64,000 nt of DNA from NCBI RefSeq assembly GCF_009914755.1, contig NC_060926.1. One strand, written 5' to 3'. The notes under the pieces were generated by a model. That model saw only the letters and a program-made list of their open reading frames with translations. It did not search any database and was not told the origin of the DNA. How positions within the stretch are numbered: position 1 is the first letter of the stretch; every line of letters begins with the position of its first letter. A program made the position numbers and the translations under genes. Below, piece after piece: positions 31,201-46,575 of the stretch. The DNA is from the human T2T-CHM13v2.0 reference genome, Homo sapiens.

Positions 31201-32950
31201 GTTTTCACACCTAGCTCACAGTCTCTTCTCACTCCTGTCACCACCATCCCAAAAAGCATAATGGGTTGAGTACTTCCAGCAACTTTTAAGTTAAACATCA
31301 AGACAAGATAGCATGAAAACTAAAGATGAGCAAGCAGCAACAAGGAACTGAAAATGGCACTCATCCTAAATGCCTGACTACATCTTCTCCACTGCAGTCA
31401 GCCTTTCTAAGGATTAAAAAGCAATGGCTCCCACCACCAACAGAAAAACACTCAAATCCCCTACAATGGTTTTCAAAATCTAGCCCAACCCACTTTACTA
31501 TCCTCATTTCCTACAAAAACATTCGAAGATGCTTTTGTTCATCCTTATGAACAACATGTTCACCTTCCATCTATACTGATCTATCTCACTACGCTCATAC
31601 CTACCTGCCATTTTTCTCATTCAACTTTCTCTCCTTGTTATCTACCGGGACAGTATTTTGGCTTTGCTCACATGATGAATCTTGAGTAATGCTTTAAGTA
31701 TAATCAAAAGTGACCTCCTCTTTCTACCTTGCCCTGAATTCCTCAGGCAAAGTAACTCCCCCTCAAATCTGATTACCTCGCTAAAATTATGGGATTCTTG
31801 CTGGCAAGAATCATGTCTTATTTATTTTTGGGTGGCTGAAACATAGGAGAAACTCAATCTCTGTGGGCCTCTGAAATGAATCTGAATTTGCTAAGGAAAA
31901 TCTTATTCCCAAGTGTTTCTATCAATATTCTTAACTCACTGCAGTCATTATATATTGTATATATATATGCCATTAAAAACATTAATTTTAATGTTTTCCA
32001 TTAGATTAATTAATATTTGCCTAGAAAGGGAAAAGCACTCCAAAAGCTTTATTATAAAAGGAAGTCTGTTTAATTGACATAAAGAAGAGTCCACAGTTTA
32101 CCTTAAAGTTACCAACTTCATGTTCACATAAATATCTTAACTTACTTACAAACAAATATAAAATTTAAAACTGGTTCTTCTTCCCCATCTAGAAATAGGG
32201 AGAAAAATATATTGAAAAAGTAGTTCACACAGAGACAGCATTTTCAGCAAATAAGACCCTAGGTACAAAAGATAAATGGTGAGGAATTATTTGTTCTACA
32301 AAAAGACATTGCAGTTTACAAAGAAATTCAAAAAAGAAAGTCACTTGAAACTTGAAACCATGTCCCCTTCAAGGCTGCAATTTCCCCACTGGTAAAACAA
32401 AAGTGCTTAGAACAGATTATGACTACAAAGCGTAGATCCAAGTATGTAAGTCTAAAACGTAACTTCCACAAAGGCAGGAATCTTTCCTTGATATAGTACA
32501 AATGCTCACACCAGAGCCTTGCTCAACAGGCGGTTTTCTGAATAAAGGAAAGGTGAGCAGGATGAAGCTCCTCTTATTCTGGCTTCCTCCCATTCAATCG
32601 GAGTAAGATATTATTTGAAGAATAGGACATACGGATAGAAAAACTTTGAAAACCACTAGAATAAATGTTCTTTCCAATAATAACTAAAAAGATAAGTTAA
32701 TTTTAAATGTTAACTTTTTTTTGTTCAGCTATTTTTCTAAGAAACCAACTTTCAAAGTTCAATAATTTTTATAGGTTCATTTATGAGGTTACCATGTTAT
32801 TTGATTATTACTATGGAGTATTAAAGATGAAGAAATTAAGCATAAGGTAAATCTAAGAAAACTGCTAAGCATTACAAAATTGAGATAATAAAGCTCTTCC
32901 CATATTAAAACTAAAGTTTCTCCCCTGACTTCAAGAAAATTAAAAATTGA

Positions 32951-33573
32951 GGCCAGGCACAATGGCTCACGCCTGTAGTCCCAGCACTTTGGGAGGCGGA
33001 TGGATCACTTGAGCCCTGGAGTTCGAGACCAGCCTGGGCAACATGGTGGAAACCTTGTTTCTACAAAAAAATATACAAAAATTTAGCCAGGCATGGTGGC
33101 ACGTGCCGGTAGCCCAGCTATGTAGGAGGCTGAAGTGAGAGAATCACCACAGCCTGGGAGGCGGAGAATGCAGTGAACCGAGATTGTGCCAACGTACTCC
33201 AGCCTGGGAAACACAATAAGGCCTGGTCTCCAAAAAACAACAACAACAACAACAACAAAAAAGCTGGACGCTGTGGCTCACGCCTGTAATCCCAACACTT
33301 TGGGAGGCCAAGGCGGGTGGATCATTGATGCTACTAGGAGTTCAAAACCAGCATGGACAACATGGCAAAACACCATATTTACTAAAAATACAAAGATTGG
33401 CCGAGCATGGTGGCACACGCCTGTAATCCCAGCTACTCGGAAGGCTGAGGCACGAGATTTGCTTGAAACTACAAGGTGGAGATTGCAGTGAGCCAAGATG
33501 GCGCCAACTGCACTCCAGCCTGGGCGACAGCAAGACCTTGTCTCGGAAAATAAATTAAAAAAAAAAAAAAAAA
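32951..33573 (+). mobile_element. Two tandem Alus (32951-33262 with (CAA)n tail; 33263-33573)
   Basis: Two consecutive dimers; aaaaattga flanks the pair. Confidence 0.94.
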
Positions 33574-34070
33574 TTGAAACATTTTTATTCAAAACACATG
33601 GCACAGGAATAAACAGTCTTAGAGACTATTATCTTCCTAAGTCTTAATAACCTAAACTTATCAAGACACATAATCATAATTTTTAAAGTTCTTTGGGCTA
33701 AAACGACCAACTCCAAACTCATTTTATAGATTAATACTTTAAATCCCAGAAAGGTTTAGTAATTTGTTCAAGATTATTAGTGAGAGAATTAAGTACCAAT
33801 GCTCAGTTCTATTTTCTACCTATTACTTTTCCCACTGCAGCTGCATCTAGGTTATTTCTTACTATTAAAGTGCTCAACAGGAGTTAGAAGAAGAAAAGGC
33901 AAGTCCTTTGTTACTCTACAACAAGCTTAAAAACTGTCAAGTTTGAATCCCAAATAGGAACCTTATGAAAGGAGAATGAAAGAAGATGGCTCCACCCTTA
34001 ACATGCCCAAAAGTAGCAAAACTAATTATTACTATTTCTAAATTTAAAACCGTGCTTTAGTATCTGACTT

Positions 34071-34123
34071 ACATATACACATATATGCGTGCACACACAC
34101 ACACACGCACACACACACACGCA
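34071..34123. repeat. Interrupted (CA)n microsatellite
   Basis: acatatacacatatatgcgtgcacacacacacacacgcacacacacacacgc. Confidence 0.85.
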
Positions 34124-34348
34124 AAATGGCTGTGAAAAACTGTAACTCTGCTAAATACCTGTCAAATATTATTATCTTATAATGTAAGATTAGAGCTAAG
34201 TCTTAAGTACCACTAACTGGCAACTTTTCAGTCTCCACTGCAATCCTCAATGTATCTGAACACGAAGTGTTTAAATTCCTCAGGGTGCAATCCTGGGCCC
34301 TCTTTTCTCTTGTCTCTGTGACTTCATTTACTTCCAGGGCTTTAAATA

Positions 34349-34683
34349 CAGGTTGGGTACTCCTCACCCTAAATGCATGGGGACCCGAAGTGTTTCAATT
34401 TTCAGATTTGAGTATTTGCATATACATAATGAGAGATCTTGGGGATGGAATCCAAGTGTAAACATGAAATTTATTTGTTTCATATACACCTTATACACAT
34501 AGCCTGAGGGTAATGTTATATTTTAGTAATTTTGTCTGTGAAATAAAGTTTTGGCTGTGCTGTGACTGTGACTCCATCACATGAGATAAGCTGTGGAATT
34601 TTCCACTGTGGCATCATGTTGGCGCTCAAAAAGTTGTGGATTTTGAAGCATTCTGAATTTTTGGATTAGGGATGTTCAACCTG
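34349..34683. mobile_element. Tigger4b/MER46-like element with TA TSD, inserted in L2
   Basis: ta|caggttg ... caacctg|ta. Confidence 0.85.
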
Positions 34684-35297
34684 TACCATCTATATGTTCA
34701 CAATTCCCAAATACACATCTCCAGTTCAAACTTCTCGGATAATTTGATTTGCATATCAAATTTTACAGGTATCTTAAAACTAACCTGTTCAAAATGGAGC
34801 TCCTTTGTCTGCCCCACCGTATCAGAAAATTAAATCACCTAGCCTAGCCAAGAGCCAAAAACTTAAAACTGATCTTAGATTTGTCCGTTTCTTATTCCCT
34901 ACAAACAATCTGCTAGCAGGTAACGTTCTTTCTACATCCAAAATATATCTTGTATTTTAAAACTTTTCTCAATCTTAACTGTCACTACACTAGTGTAAAT
35001 CATCACTGTTATTCACCTGAATTTCTGGATTACTCCTTCCTGGTCCCCTTATTTCAACTCTTATGCTCTCTAACTTATTTATCTTGCTTAAAATCCTTAA
35101 ATGGCTTCCTAACGTACATATAATTAATTACAAAGCCTTCTGCCATGGCTTCAAGGTCTGGCATGATATGATCTGGCTTCTGCTTCTCTCTGCAACCCCA
35201 TCTTGTCCCATTCCTCTCCATTACCAAGTCTTAGCTCCCTACTTATGATGGGATTTTATTCAATGTCTTTAGGAAGTGGCAAAGAATAGCCTCCAGC

Positions 35298-35872
<575 letters not shown>

Positions 35873-35874
35873 TG

Positions 35875-36045
35875 CTGCCTTTTTAAAGTAAAGTTTTACT
35901 GGAATACTGCCATGTTCATTCATTTACATTTGGTCTGTTGCTGCTTTTGTGCTACAAAAACAGACTCTGAGGAGCTGTGCCTGAGAATGTATGGCTCAGA
36001 AAAACAAAAATACTGACTATCTGGTCCTTTACAGAAAAAAATATT
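35875..36045. mobile_element. MER58A-like hAT-Charlie fragment
   Basis: taaagttttactggaatactgccatgttcattcatttac...tactgactatctggtcctttacagaaaaa. Confidence 0.75.
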
Positions 36046-37767
36046 GTACAGCCATTCACTTTGCCTAGAATACTCTTCAACCCACTTTTCTTGTGAGCGC
36101 TTATTCTTCTAATCCCAGTTTAAACACTATCACTTCCTCAAACAGCCCTTTCTTGACCTATGTGGTTGTCTTTATCATTTTTTCCTCTATCACTGTGTCC
36201 TTTCTTGATTATATTTTATAACTAAATACTTGTTTACCTGTTTACTATCTGTTTCATAAGTGCAGGAATCAGATGTATTCTATTTACCAATATATTCCTT
36301 ACACCTAGCACAGAGCCTGGCAAACAGTTTTGAATGCTGAATTCTGTGATGGGAAAAGTCTTACAGGATACCTTTGACACTTTGACAAAATAATATATAT
36401 TCTAAACGTCTTTAAATCTGAAAAGCAGAACTTTTTTCCTCCATTACTATGCTTTTTTACTTTATTTAGAAAAAAAGTTAAAAAACAAATTCCTGTGTAA
36501 GTTGAAATGTTTTCATTTTCTAAACCAAGATTTTTCTTATGGTGAGGTACAAAGGCCACATTACACCCTAAATTTTGCCTTGTGGTCTTGAGAAATGAAC
36601 TAAATTCCTATGGGTGTCAGTTTCCTCAAAGGAAACATTCTTCCAGAGACAAGAAAAATAATATCCTACCAGAAGTGCTTTTATTAGAGAAACAGTACTT
36701 ATATTTTCTATGCCTGCTTCAATTTTGTGAACTTATTTTGAAAGCCAACAATCAGCTACAACAATCCCAAAGAGATGTCCTCTCTGAAGCCTCCCGTCAT
36801 CTGCTGTCTGGTAGTCTGTGTTGCGCTACTTTACCAAAATGTTTGACTTTGTTCACTATCCTCACCTTGAAATCAAAGTACCAACAAACTATATAACAAA
36901 CCAGCCCTCAATCCATGTAAAAATTATATTTCCTTGGAATTCTTCAATGTGAAAAGATGGGTCTTGGCTATGTATACCATAGCACTAAAAGCACTTTGCT
37001 TTAAAATAAATAAATATATGGTTCGTCAGGCAGTTCAGCTAACTGCCAAAAGCATTGTGAATTAAAAACTGATGAGCAGACCAAACAGTAATGCTTTCAG
37101 AACAACAAAAAAAGGTATATTCTGTGAGATTAAAGATAGGTATTCTGATACCACAGAACCCTGAAAGAATATCTCACCTTCTAGTCAAAAGATGCAATGC
37201 AGAGATAGGCAGTACTGATTTTCATGCAAACTATGCTTTTGCACATTGTATCAGTAACATCTCTAAGTCTCATTTAGTAGAACAAACTGAGACTTACTAC
37301 CTTAGGAAACAAACATGTCAGAGGTCCTACCTTAGGAAACAAACATGTCAGATGGTCCTACCTATCAGTTAATAGTTCTTTCGATAGTGTCCCCTTCAAT
37401 ACAGTAGTACTGTGTTTATATGATTATTAAAATTGTTTTATAAAATAGGAGTAAACATGAAAACAAAAGCACAGAAACTAGCAGAGGCTTCAAAACCTAA
37501 TTCACTGTAAATAATCAATGAACAGACATGCTGAAATTGCTACATTTCCTAGTCAAAAATTGACTGGTCAAATGAGCGTGAAAGAAAAGAATAAATAAAA
37601 GAACATTTTCAGATGCCGGCAATGATCATTAATGACTATGTATAAGGAAAGTAAATTTAAGAATTTAGCATATACTGTATATTTTAAAATTTATTTAGTA
37701 CAATCAACTTGAATGCATGTTTTGGGGGAATATATTATAAAAACTGCCTATATTCTGAAATGATAAT

Positions 37768-38123
37768 TGTTATGGACTGAATGTTTGTGTTATTCAAATT
37801 CATATTATGAAACCCTAATCCCAAATGTGATAGTATTTAGAGGTGGGGCCTTTGGGAGGCAATTAAATCTTGAGAATGGTACCCTCATTAACAGGATGGA
37901 ACCATTATAAGATACATGAGAGACATGACCTCTCTCCCTCCCTGCCCTGTGAAGACACAGCAAGGAGGTGGTTGTCTATAGACCAGGAAGGGGACTCTCA
38001 CCAGAAAAATGAACCTGCAAGCACCTTGATCTTGGACTTCTCACTTGCCAGAATGGTGAGAAATATTTGTTTAAGCCACCTGGTTTATGGGATTTGTTAC
38101 AGTAGCTTAAGATGAGGAAGACA
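37768..38123 (+). mobile_element. MLT1A-like (ERVL-MaLR) solo LTR
   Basis: tgttatggactgaatgtttgtgt...gcaccttgatcttggacttc...gtttaagccacc. Confidence 0.88.
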
Positions 38124-38724
38124 ACAGTTAACCTTAAATATGGGACCACTTTAAGCAACTTATAATATACTGAAACTCAGAGTTCTCATGGAGTGACTGC
38201 TCACGTAACTTCAATATCTACTGGACCATATCTTCAACATCCAATTGACCATACTGGAGCCCAAAACTTGGTCACCGAAACACTGATCTCACACTCTGGC
38301 CTTCTCTCTTCTCCTCACTCTTTGGACGAGCCACTTCTCAACCCTAACACACAACTACTGATGTTTTTTTCTGCACCTGTGCCCAAGGTTTAAAAAAACT
38401 GACATAGCACACATTCAGGCCAACTCCTATGAAGCTATCTTCTTCTGCACTTGCCAATTCCTTAGTATATCCCTTACAAAGGCTACTCCAAGTCTCTTCG
38501 TCTCGTTTTCAGAAGATGGATGGTTTATTAGATTCATAATAATTTTAGAAATAAAGAATCTCAGGGATATTATTTCCAACTCCATTATTAAGTAAATTTA
38601 AAGGATTCCTAGAATTTAAAGGACTGGAGGTTTACAGACAGTAAGTCCATTAACTTGAAGCCCCTTACACTGAATTTCAGCATACTACAACTTGATCATT
38701 CTACCTTAGGAGCAGATCTACAGA

Positions 38725-38960
38725 GAATTCAAGGGCTCAGACTAAAGCCACATTGCCTGAATTCAGTTCTGGCTAGGCCACTTAACAGCTATATGGACCT
38801 GGACAAATGACCAATTATCTGTGCCTTGGTTTCTTCATTTGTAAAACAGACATAATAGTAGTATCTGCAACATTGGGCTGTGACTGTTAGCTAAGTTAAA
38901 ACATGTAAAAGCACTAGAACTGGGCCTAGCACACAGTAAATGCTAAATAAAAGTTAATTG
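38725..38960 (+). mobile_element. MIR
   Basis: ctgtgccttggtttcttcatttgtaaaacagacataatagta core. Confidence 0.75.
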
Positions 38961-40324
38961 TGTTAATTATCATTCCCTATAGAACCTCTGACGAATGAGA
39001 ACATGCCCCTCTTCCAAGTTTACTTCTTTTCCATTGTTCTTAATCCCATACTCTCTATATCCAATAACTCAGCTGTTCCAATCTTCTCTCCTTCAGCAGC
39101 TTTAAACAAAACTCTTCCACTTGTCCTTTTGATGCCAAATTTCTTAAATTGGTCTTTTCCATTTCCCACACCTACTTACTATAGTTTGCTCCTAAGATTC
39201 ATCCCTTGGCTCTGGGCTCTTCATTTTCTGAACTCCAACACTTGTTCCTCAGTATACGTTACCAAATGCCAAATCTCCACATCTAATTTTGAGTTCCTGC
39301 CCAAGCTCTAAATCTATGTGTCTCCAAACATACGATATCTCTACTTGGGCATCTTACTATGATCTCACACTCAATTTTCCTCACATGCAAAATGATTTCT
39401 AAGGTATCTTCCAAGGATAAACATTTTCAATATAATCTAAACAAAACTTATCATATTCTCTACCCATTTCAAATCAGTTTCCCACTATTACTTCACAGTA
39501 TTTGCAATTGGTGGCACTATAATTCTCCCAGTAAGCAATCTTTGTCTAGACTTAAGTTTAGAATTTCTGACATCATCCATTCATTTCTAGCCTATCACTT
39601 TACCCAGATCTTTCCAGGTCTTCTCCTGATTTTATAAACCTCCTCTCAATTTTACATTTATAGCATCCTCATAATATGCTGCCACATAATCACCCACTTA
39701 AAATCACATCTTCAAATATTCTGTCACATTTTCACCCACTTAAAAACCTCCAATAACTGTCTACAGTTTAGTCCAAATTACTTAGTCTGGCACCCAAATT
39801 TTTCTACAATCTGTTCCCAAACCATCTTTGTAACACTACAATCCACTAATCCCTGTAATTATTATATGCCTCAGTCAAACTCTACTTACCACCTAAGTTT
39901 AACCAACCAGTTCATCTCTATATAATTTCACAACATCTGCCATCATGGAATGCCTTCCACCACACTGTTCATATATATCCCAAATATTTTTCAAGGCTCA
40001 ATTCAATTTCATTCTTTCCCATAAAATCTTACATCCCAAGGCAACCTCTCCTCCGTTTGAATTCTTAAGCCATTTATTGCCTATGCAACTCACTTGCCAC
40101 TTAATTATATAATGCCTCACACGGTTATCTAAATGTGTGTATCATCCATCTCTCACATCACAATAAAAACCCCAGGAAAGGATAGTATCTTATCTCTTTG
40201 CATCCACTACATTATGACTGAAAGCTGTGCATAATAGGCACTTAATAAAAAACTGCTGATTGTGTGAAAAACACAATCACCTTGCTTCATAAGATACTAA
40301 CTGCGTGGCTCATGTAATTCCCTT

Positions 40325-41195
40325 TAAGAGAAAGAAATTACAGAAGAAAGAGCAGAAATAGAAAATTACTGTTCTGGAACCACCATAGTAATAATGATTC
40401 ATGCAAGAATCATCAATGGATGCTAAAACCATCACATGAAAGTTTCTAGGGAACAGGATATTCATACAGTGTCAAAATATATCTGAACAGATTACTTATG
40501 AATTACAAAGGGAAAAAAGGTACCTTTACAGTGGAGAAATCTGGCGGACACCAATGATCAAAGTTAACATCACCAATAATGGGATAAACTGACATCAAGT
40601 GCCTCCTGATGTGATGCACTGAGGACACAACATCACTTATGTATTATTCCTGCCAAAAATGCATAACCTGAAACTAGTCATGAGGAAACAATCAGACACA
40701 CCAAAAACTGAGGGATAATCTACAAAACAACTGACCTATACTCTTCAAATATGTCAATGTGCTGAAAGACAAAGAAAGGCTGAGGAACTGAACATGAGAT
40801 CCTGGACTGGATCCTGGATCAGAAAACAAATTGCTATAAAGGAAATCACCACTAAACAGGACAATTGGTGAAATCTGAATAAGGAATGTATTAGGCAACA
40901 GTATTATATTGTTAAACTGCCTGATTTTGATCATTGTTCTTTGGTTAAGTAAGATTTCTTTATTCTTAAAAGAAATGTTGCAAAGTCTTTTGGGGTAGAT
41001 GAAATCTAAAACTTACTCTCTAATGGTTCAGCAATAATAATATTGGTAACAGTAATTATAACACATATCAATAGAAAAACTGGCAAAAAAAATGTAGCAA
41101 AATGTAAACAACTGGTGAATCTAGGTGAAGGGTACACAAGAGTTCACATCGTGCTATTCATGAAACTTTTTTTTCAAAATAAAACTTAAAAAATA
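40325..41195 (+). mobile_element. L1MC4/5-like 3' end
   Basis: cctttacagtggagaaatctggc...gatcaaagttaacatcacc...catgaggaaacaatcagac...ctggtgaatctaggtgaagggta. Confidence 0.82.
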
Positions 41196-41851
41196 AATAC
41201 CCCAATACCACATAAAGACTATGAGAAGTTTTTATCAGTCTGTGTGGTATTTCACATTTTATTTGACAATCTTAAAGCAAGGCATTGTAATAAAATTTAT
41301 TTTCTAAATGAAATTACATTTTACATGCATTGGAAGAGTTCACTCTATAAAAACATTTGTTCTAAAAAAATACATCTTTCTGAAATCAGAGAACCATTTT
41401 TAATAATGTGAACAGCCCAACAATAATTTATCTTTAAAAAAAATTCAAATGTACCACAGAACTCAGTTAAAATAAAGTCAATTTTAGTTAGTGATCCATC
41501 TTAGAAATATATTTTAAACAACGTAGTTTTATTGTTTTCAAATATACAGAAAAATGAGAAAGTAAAAATGGGCTGATTAAATCATTTTAAGGAAAAAAAT
41601 TCCTTGTAATTAACATATTAATAAGCATTTGTGAATTACTGAGTTTGCTTCATTATGATTTAAAGAAAGCATTTATTATAGCTCACAAACTTCATCTCTC
41701 AAATATCCAAATTTTCGATTTAGCTGATTATAAATTTTTCATGAGTGCTTATTAACAGTCACGAATTAGTAATTTCTATAGGCTTCTGGCACCTTTAAAA
41801 AGAACACTTCCGGTCAAAGTGCAATATGGTATAAAGGATTTTCTACATTCA

Positions 41852-42184
<333 letters not shown>

Positions 42185-42789
42185 TTATATAGATATGATT
42201 ATAAATCTATGACACATAAGAACATTAACAACCTATTTTAACAGGGGGAAAAAAAGGATACATTTAAAAATAGGTTCTAGATCTGTTAGAAGCACTTTCT
42301 CATCTTTTAAGACCTCCCTCCAATCTTACCTGGAGCAGAACTCTTCACTTTAAATAAAATCATAATGATTTATATACCCGTAAGTCACTTACCCCTTATC
42401 TCTCTCCCACCAAAATACTTGCCAAGTTAAATCCCAACAGCCCACATACTCCTGACATATATCCGTATAGCTGAAAGAAAACAAAGAATAACATATGCCC
42501 ATATTTTTGGTCCATCTGAGTTTAAATTCATAACCACTAACGTTAAGTGCAGCCTTCATGCAACCCCACAATTCCACTAGTCAGTCTACTCACTCTACTC
42601 TTCTAGATGATTTTATACCACCTCCTCCATCCTCACTCTATGATTATGACTGCTTCCTATTCCACTGAGAAAATAAAAACAACCCGATGAGACACTATAC
42701 AAATTCCCATCATATTCACACACCAACCGACCTGATTTTATGCCAATAAAACCTGCTAGGTTCTTGTGCTCAAAGTGCCAAGTTATTGT

Positions 42790-42953
42790 ACTCGAAGTAT
42801 AGCATAAGGACCAGACACATAAGCAACACCTAGGAACTTGTTAGAAGTGCAGAATTTCGGGCCCTACTCCAGACCTACAGAAACAGAATCGACATTTTAA
42901 CAAGAACCCAATGTAATATTATACAGAATGAAATTTGACAAGTAAATCTCTAG
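42790..42953. mobile_element. MER5A-like hAT-Charlie element
   Basis: cacctaggaacttgttagaagtgcagaatttcgggccctactccagacctacagaaacagaatc. Confidence 0.8.
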
Positions 42954-42989
42954 TTCTATGCCAAACCACCTATTGAAAAGGCCTCCCTT

Positions 42990-43310
<321 letters not shown>

Positions 43311-43389
43311 TCACACATCTAAGCATCATCAAAATTTTTCCTCTGGTAGATAATTTCCATTCATACTGAAAACTGTCAGTTTCACCACA

Positions 43390-43692
43390 TGGACTGGCTC
43401 ATGCCTGTAATCCTACCTAGCATTTTGGGAGACTGAGGCAGAAGGATCACTGGAGCTTAGGAGTTTGAGACCAGCCTGGGCAATACAGTGAGACCCTGTC
43501 TCTACAAAAAAATTTTTTAAGAATTAGCTGAGCGTGGTGGCGCATGCCTATAGTCCCAGCTACCCGGGAGGCTGAGGGAGGAGAATCACTTGAGCCCGGA
43601 GGCAGAGTTTGCAGGGATCCAAGATCACAACACTGCACTCCAGCCTAGGTGACAGAGCAAGATTGTGTCTCAAAAAAAAAAAAAAAAAAAAA
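43390..43692 (+). mobile_element. AluJ-like
   Basis: Dimer with poly-A; tgtcagtttc on both sides. Confidence 0.93.
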
Positions 43693-43699
43693 TGTCAGT

Positions 43700-45470
43700 T
43701 TCCTATGTCAAAAACAAATCCTCACAAACCCATATATTCCTTCAGCACCATCTAATCTCTCTTTCCATTTATGGCAAAATCACAGGCAAGAAGAGGAGAT
43801 TGTACATGCACTGTCTCCAAGTTCCATCTTTCCATTATATCTTGAATCTACTCCAGTAGGGCTTTCATCTCTACCATTTCACTGCAACTACTCTTGAGAA
43901 GGCCACCAGTGACTTCTATATTGCCAAAATCTAATGGGCAAAGTCTCAGTTCTCCTCTTACTTACCTATCCAGCAGCATTTGAAAGAGCTGATCACTCCT
44001 ACTCCTTGAAACAAATTTGGCAAGGCATGGTGCCTCACACCCATAATCCCAGCACTTTGGAAAGTCAAAGCGGGAGGATCACTTGAGTCCAGGGTTTCAA
44101 GACCAGGTTGGGCAATATGGCAAAAACCCATCTCTACTAAAAATACAAAAATTAGTCGGGCATGGTGGCATGCACCTGTAGTCCCAGCTCCTTAGTGGGG
44201 CTGAGGCGGGAGGATCGCTTGAGCCCGGGAGGTCGAGGCTGCAGTGAGTGGAGACTGCGCCACTACACACCAGCCTGGATGACAGAGCAAGACCCTGTCT
44301 CAAAAAAGAAGAAGAAAAAAAAGAAACAAATTCCTCACTTAACTTCCAAGCACTACAATCTCTTGTTTTTCTTCTACTTCTGTCTCCTATTCATCTGTTT
44401 TACTGGCTCTTAATTATCACCTAAACCTCCAATCCTAAAGCTCAAGTTCTCGATTTCTTATCTAGCCACACTCAGTTTTTGTTTTTTGTTTTTTTTTAGT
44501 CACACTCATTTTCTAGGTGGAGTTGATCTATTCTCATGGTTTTAAATCAATCTTAAAATTGATACATTCTCTGGCCCCCTCTGTACATGCCAGAGTCATA
44601 TATCCAGCTACCTACTCAATGTTTCCACTTTAATGCGTAGTAGGCATCTCAAACTTACCAAGCCTGAAACAGAACTCCTCATCTTTTCCCTCAGTTGGTT
44701 TCCCCTGAAGTCTTTTCCAGCTGAACAAATGTCCACTCCATCCTTCCAGCTGCTCCGGCCAAAATGCTTGTGATCATAATTAACTACTCTCTGACCCCAC
44801 TACTACTCCAACAGAAAATGCTGTTGTCTCTAACTTCAAAATGTATCCCCAGAATTCAACTCTTTCTCACCACTTCCACTGCTACTATCCTGGTAAAACC
44901 ACCACCACCTCCAACTGGTCTCCATCTCCACTCCTGGCCTGCTATCATCAGGCAACCAGGGTGACCATGTAAAAGCATAAATCAAATCATGTCACTCATT
45001 TGCTCACAACTCTCAAATGAGTTCTCATTTCCCCTGGAGTTGAAGTCAAAGTCCTTACAATGTTCTATAAGCTTTATTCGATCTGATAATCTCTCAACTT
45101 CATCCATTTTTTCCTTTTGTTCGCTCTGCTCCATGCACTCCCTGGCATACATCAAACAAGCTGATTTCAGTGTCTTCGTATTTGCTATTCTTTCTGTCTG
45201 AAATGTTCTTCCCTCAGTTTCCTGCATGGCTCAAACCTCTACTCAACTGTCATCTTACAGTGAAGTTTTAAATGCCCACCTTATTTACAGTAACAGCCTC
45301 ACCTCACTACTGATCCCCAACTCCAACCCACATTCTTCATTATTTTCCTGGTCTCCCTCTCTACAACCAAATGTCAGCTTCATGAAGGCAGGGATCTTTT
45401 TTTCACTGCCAAATTCCTCAGCCTCTAAAACAGTATATGGCACATAACAAGGATTCATACTTCGGTGACT
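43700..45470 (+). mobile_element. L2 relic (RT-region remnant to 3' end), interrupted by an Alu
   Basis: ccagcagcatttgaaagagctgatcactcctactccttgaa resembles the decayed DLSAAFDTVDH motif; L2-like 3' end near 45430. Confidence 0.75.
44019..44322 (+). mobile_element. AluJ-like in L2
   Basis: TSD gaaacaaatt. Confidence 0.93.
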
Positions 45471-46575
45471 GATTTTCTGCTAATATATGACTAATGACCC
45501 CTTTGTAAATGCCACATAAAATCTCCAAGTTCTGCATTTACAACCTAAGCAACATTGATCAGCTTCACACAAACTTCTGATCTGAACTGGATAAAAATTA
45601 CTGAGTTAGTGGAATCCTCTCCAAGTCACGTCTGATGTGTATAAATGTGAAAAGAGGAAGGAGTAGGCAAAATAGTTATTTTAGTCACCCTGGCAGTAAA
45701 ATACCAGCTCAACTCTCAATCAAGACGATCCTTAAGCAAATGACTCAAACTGAATCTTGTTATTCTGATCTTTTCTGAAGAGCTTGAGAAGGAACTTTAA
45801 CAGAACAATTTCTTTTCTTTTACCGAAATCCTATCCAAGACCTAAGTCTGTCAGAGACTTTTATCAAATGACTGTAAAAGAATTTACCCCTACACCTATA
45901 CTGCTACCTCTTTTTAATCAGATATCCTGATAGGATGTCATCCATATAAAATGTACTGATGCGGCTAACTTTTCACAAACAGAAGATTCAAGGCCATGTA
46001 ATAATGATGGCCTCAAATACCATAGCTACGTACGTGCAATGTGGTTTTAGTTTGTTGACTACATATGCTGAGGTTCTAATAAAGCAAACTAAGACACTAT
46101 CTCTTGACATTGAGTAACAAATAGATAAAGCAAAATACTCAGAACAATTTCAAAAAAGAGAAAAGTTAATGTCAACTATAAGCCTCAAAGATACCTATAC
46201 TGCTAATAGCTGAGCAAAACATCAAATCATCTTTACAGGCTCTATAACCTAAGATCCTCTGAAAGCCAGAAAAAGTATTAAAATGTCTCTACCCAGAGTA
46301 AATTACTAAATTTTTCTACTAGAAGCTGAAGAATTTTAAAACTATAAAACCAAGAGGCTTCAAACATTGTAAAAGTACTCTCACATTATTATAACATAAC
46401 CATTTTCACATATATACATCAAGAGCTGTTTTACTACACAAGGTTGTATGTAGTGCGTTTTTTTTTTCTTTTTAAATTAATGCCTTATTGATAGATAAAA
46501 GATGGGGCTGCAGGAAAAAATGTTCCTTCTGGTGATAGCTAAGGTTAAAAATTTTTCTAACAAATGAGAAGAAGA

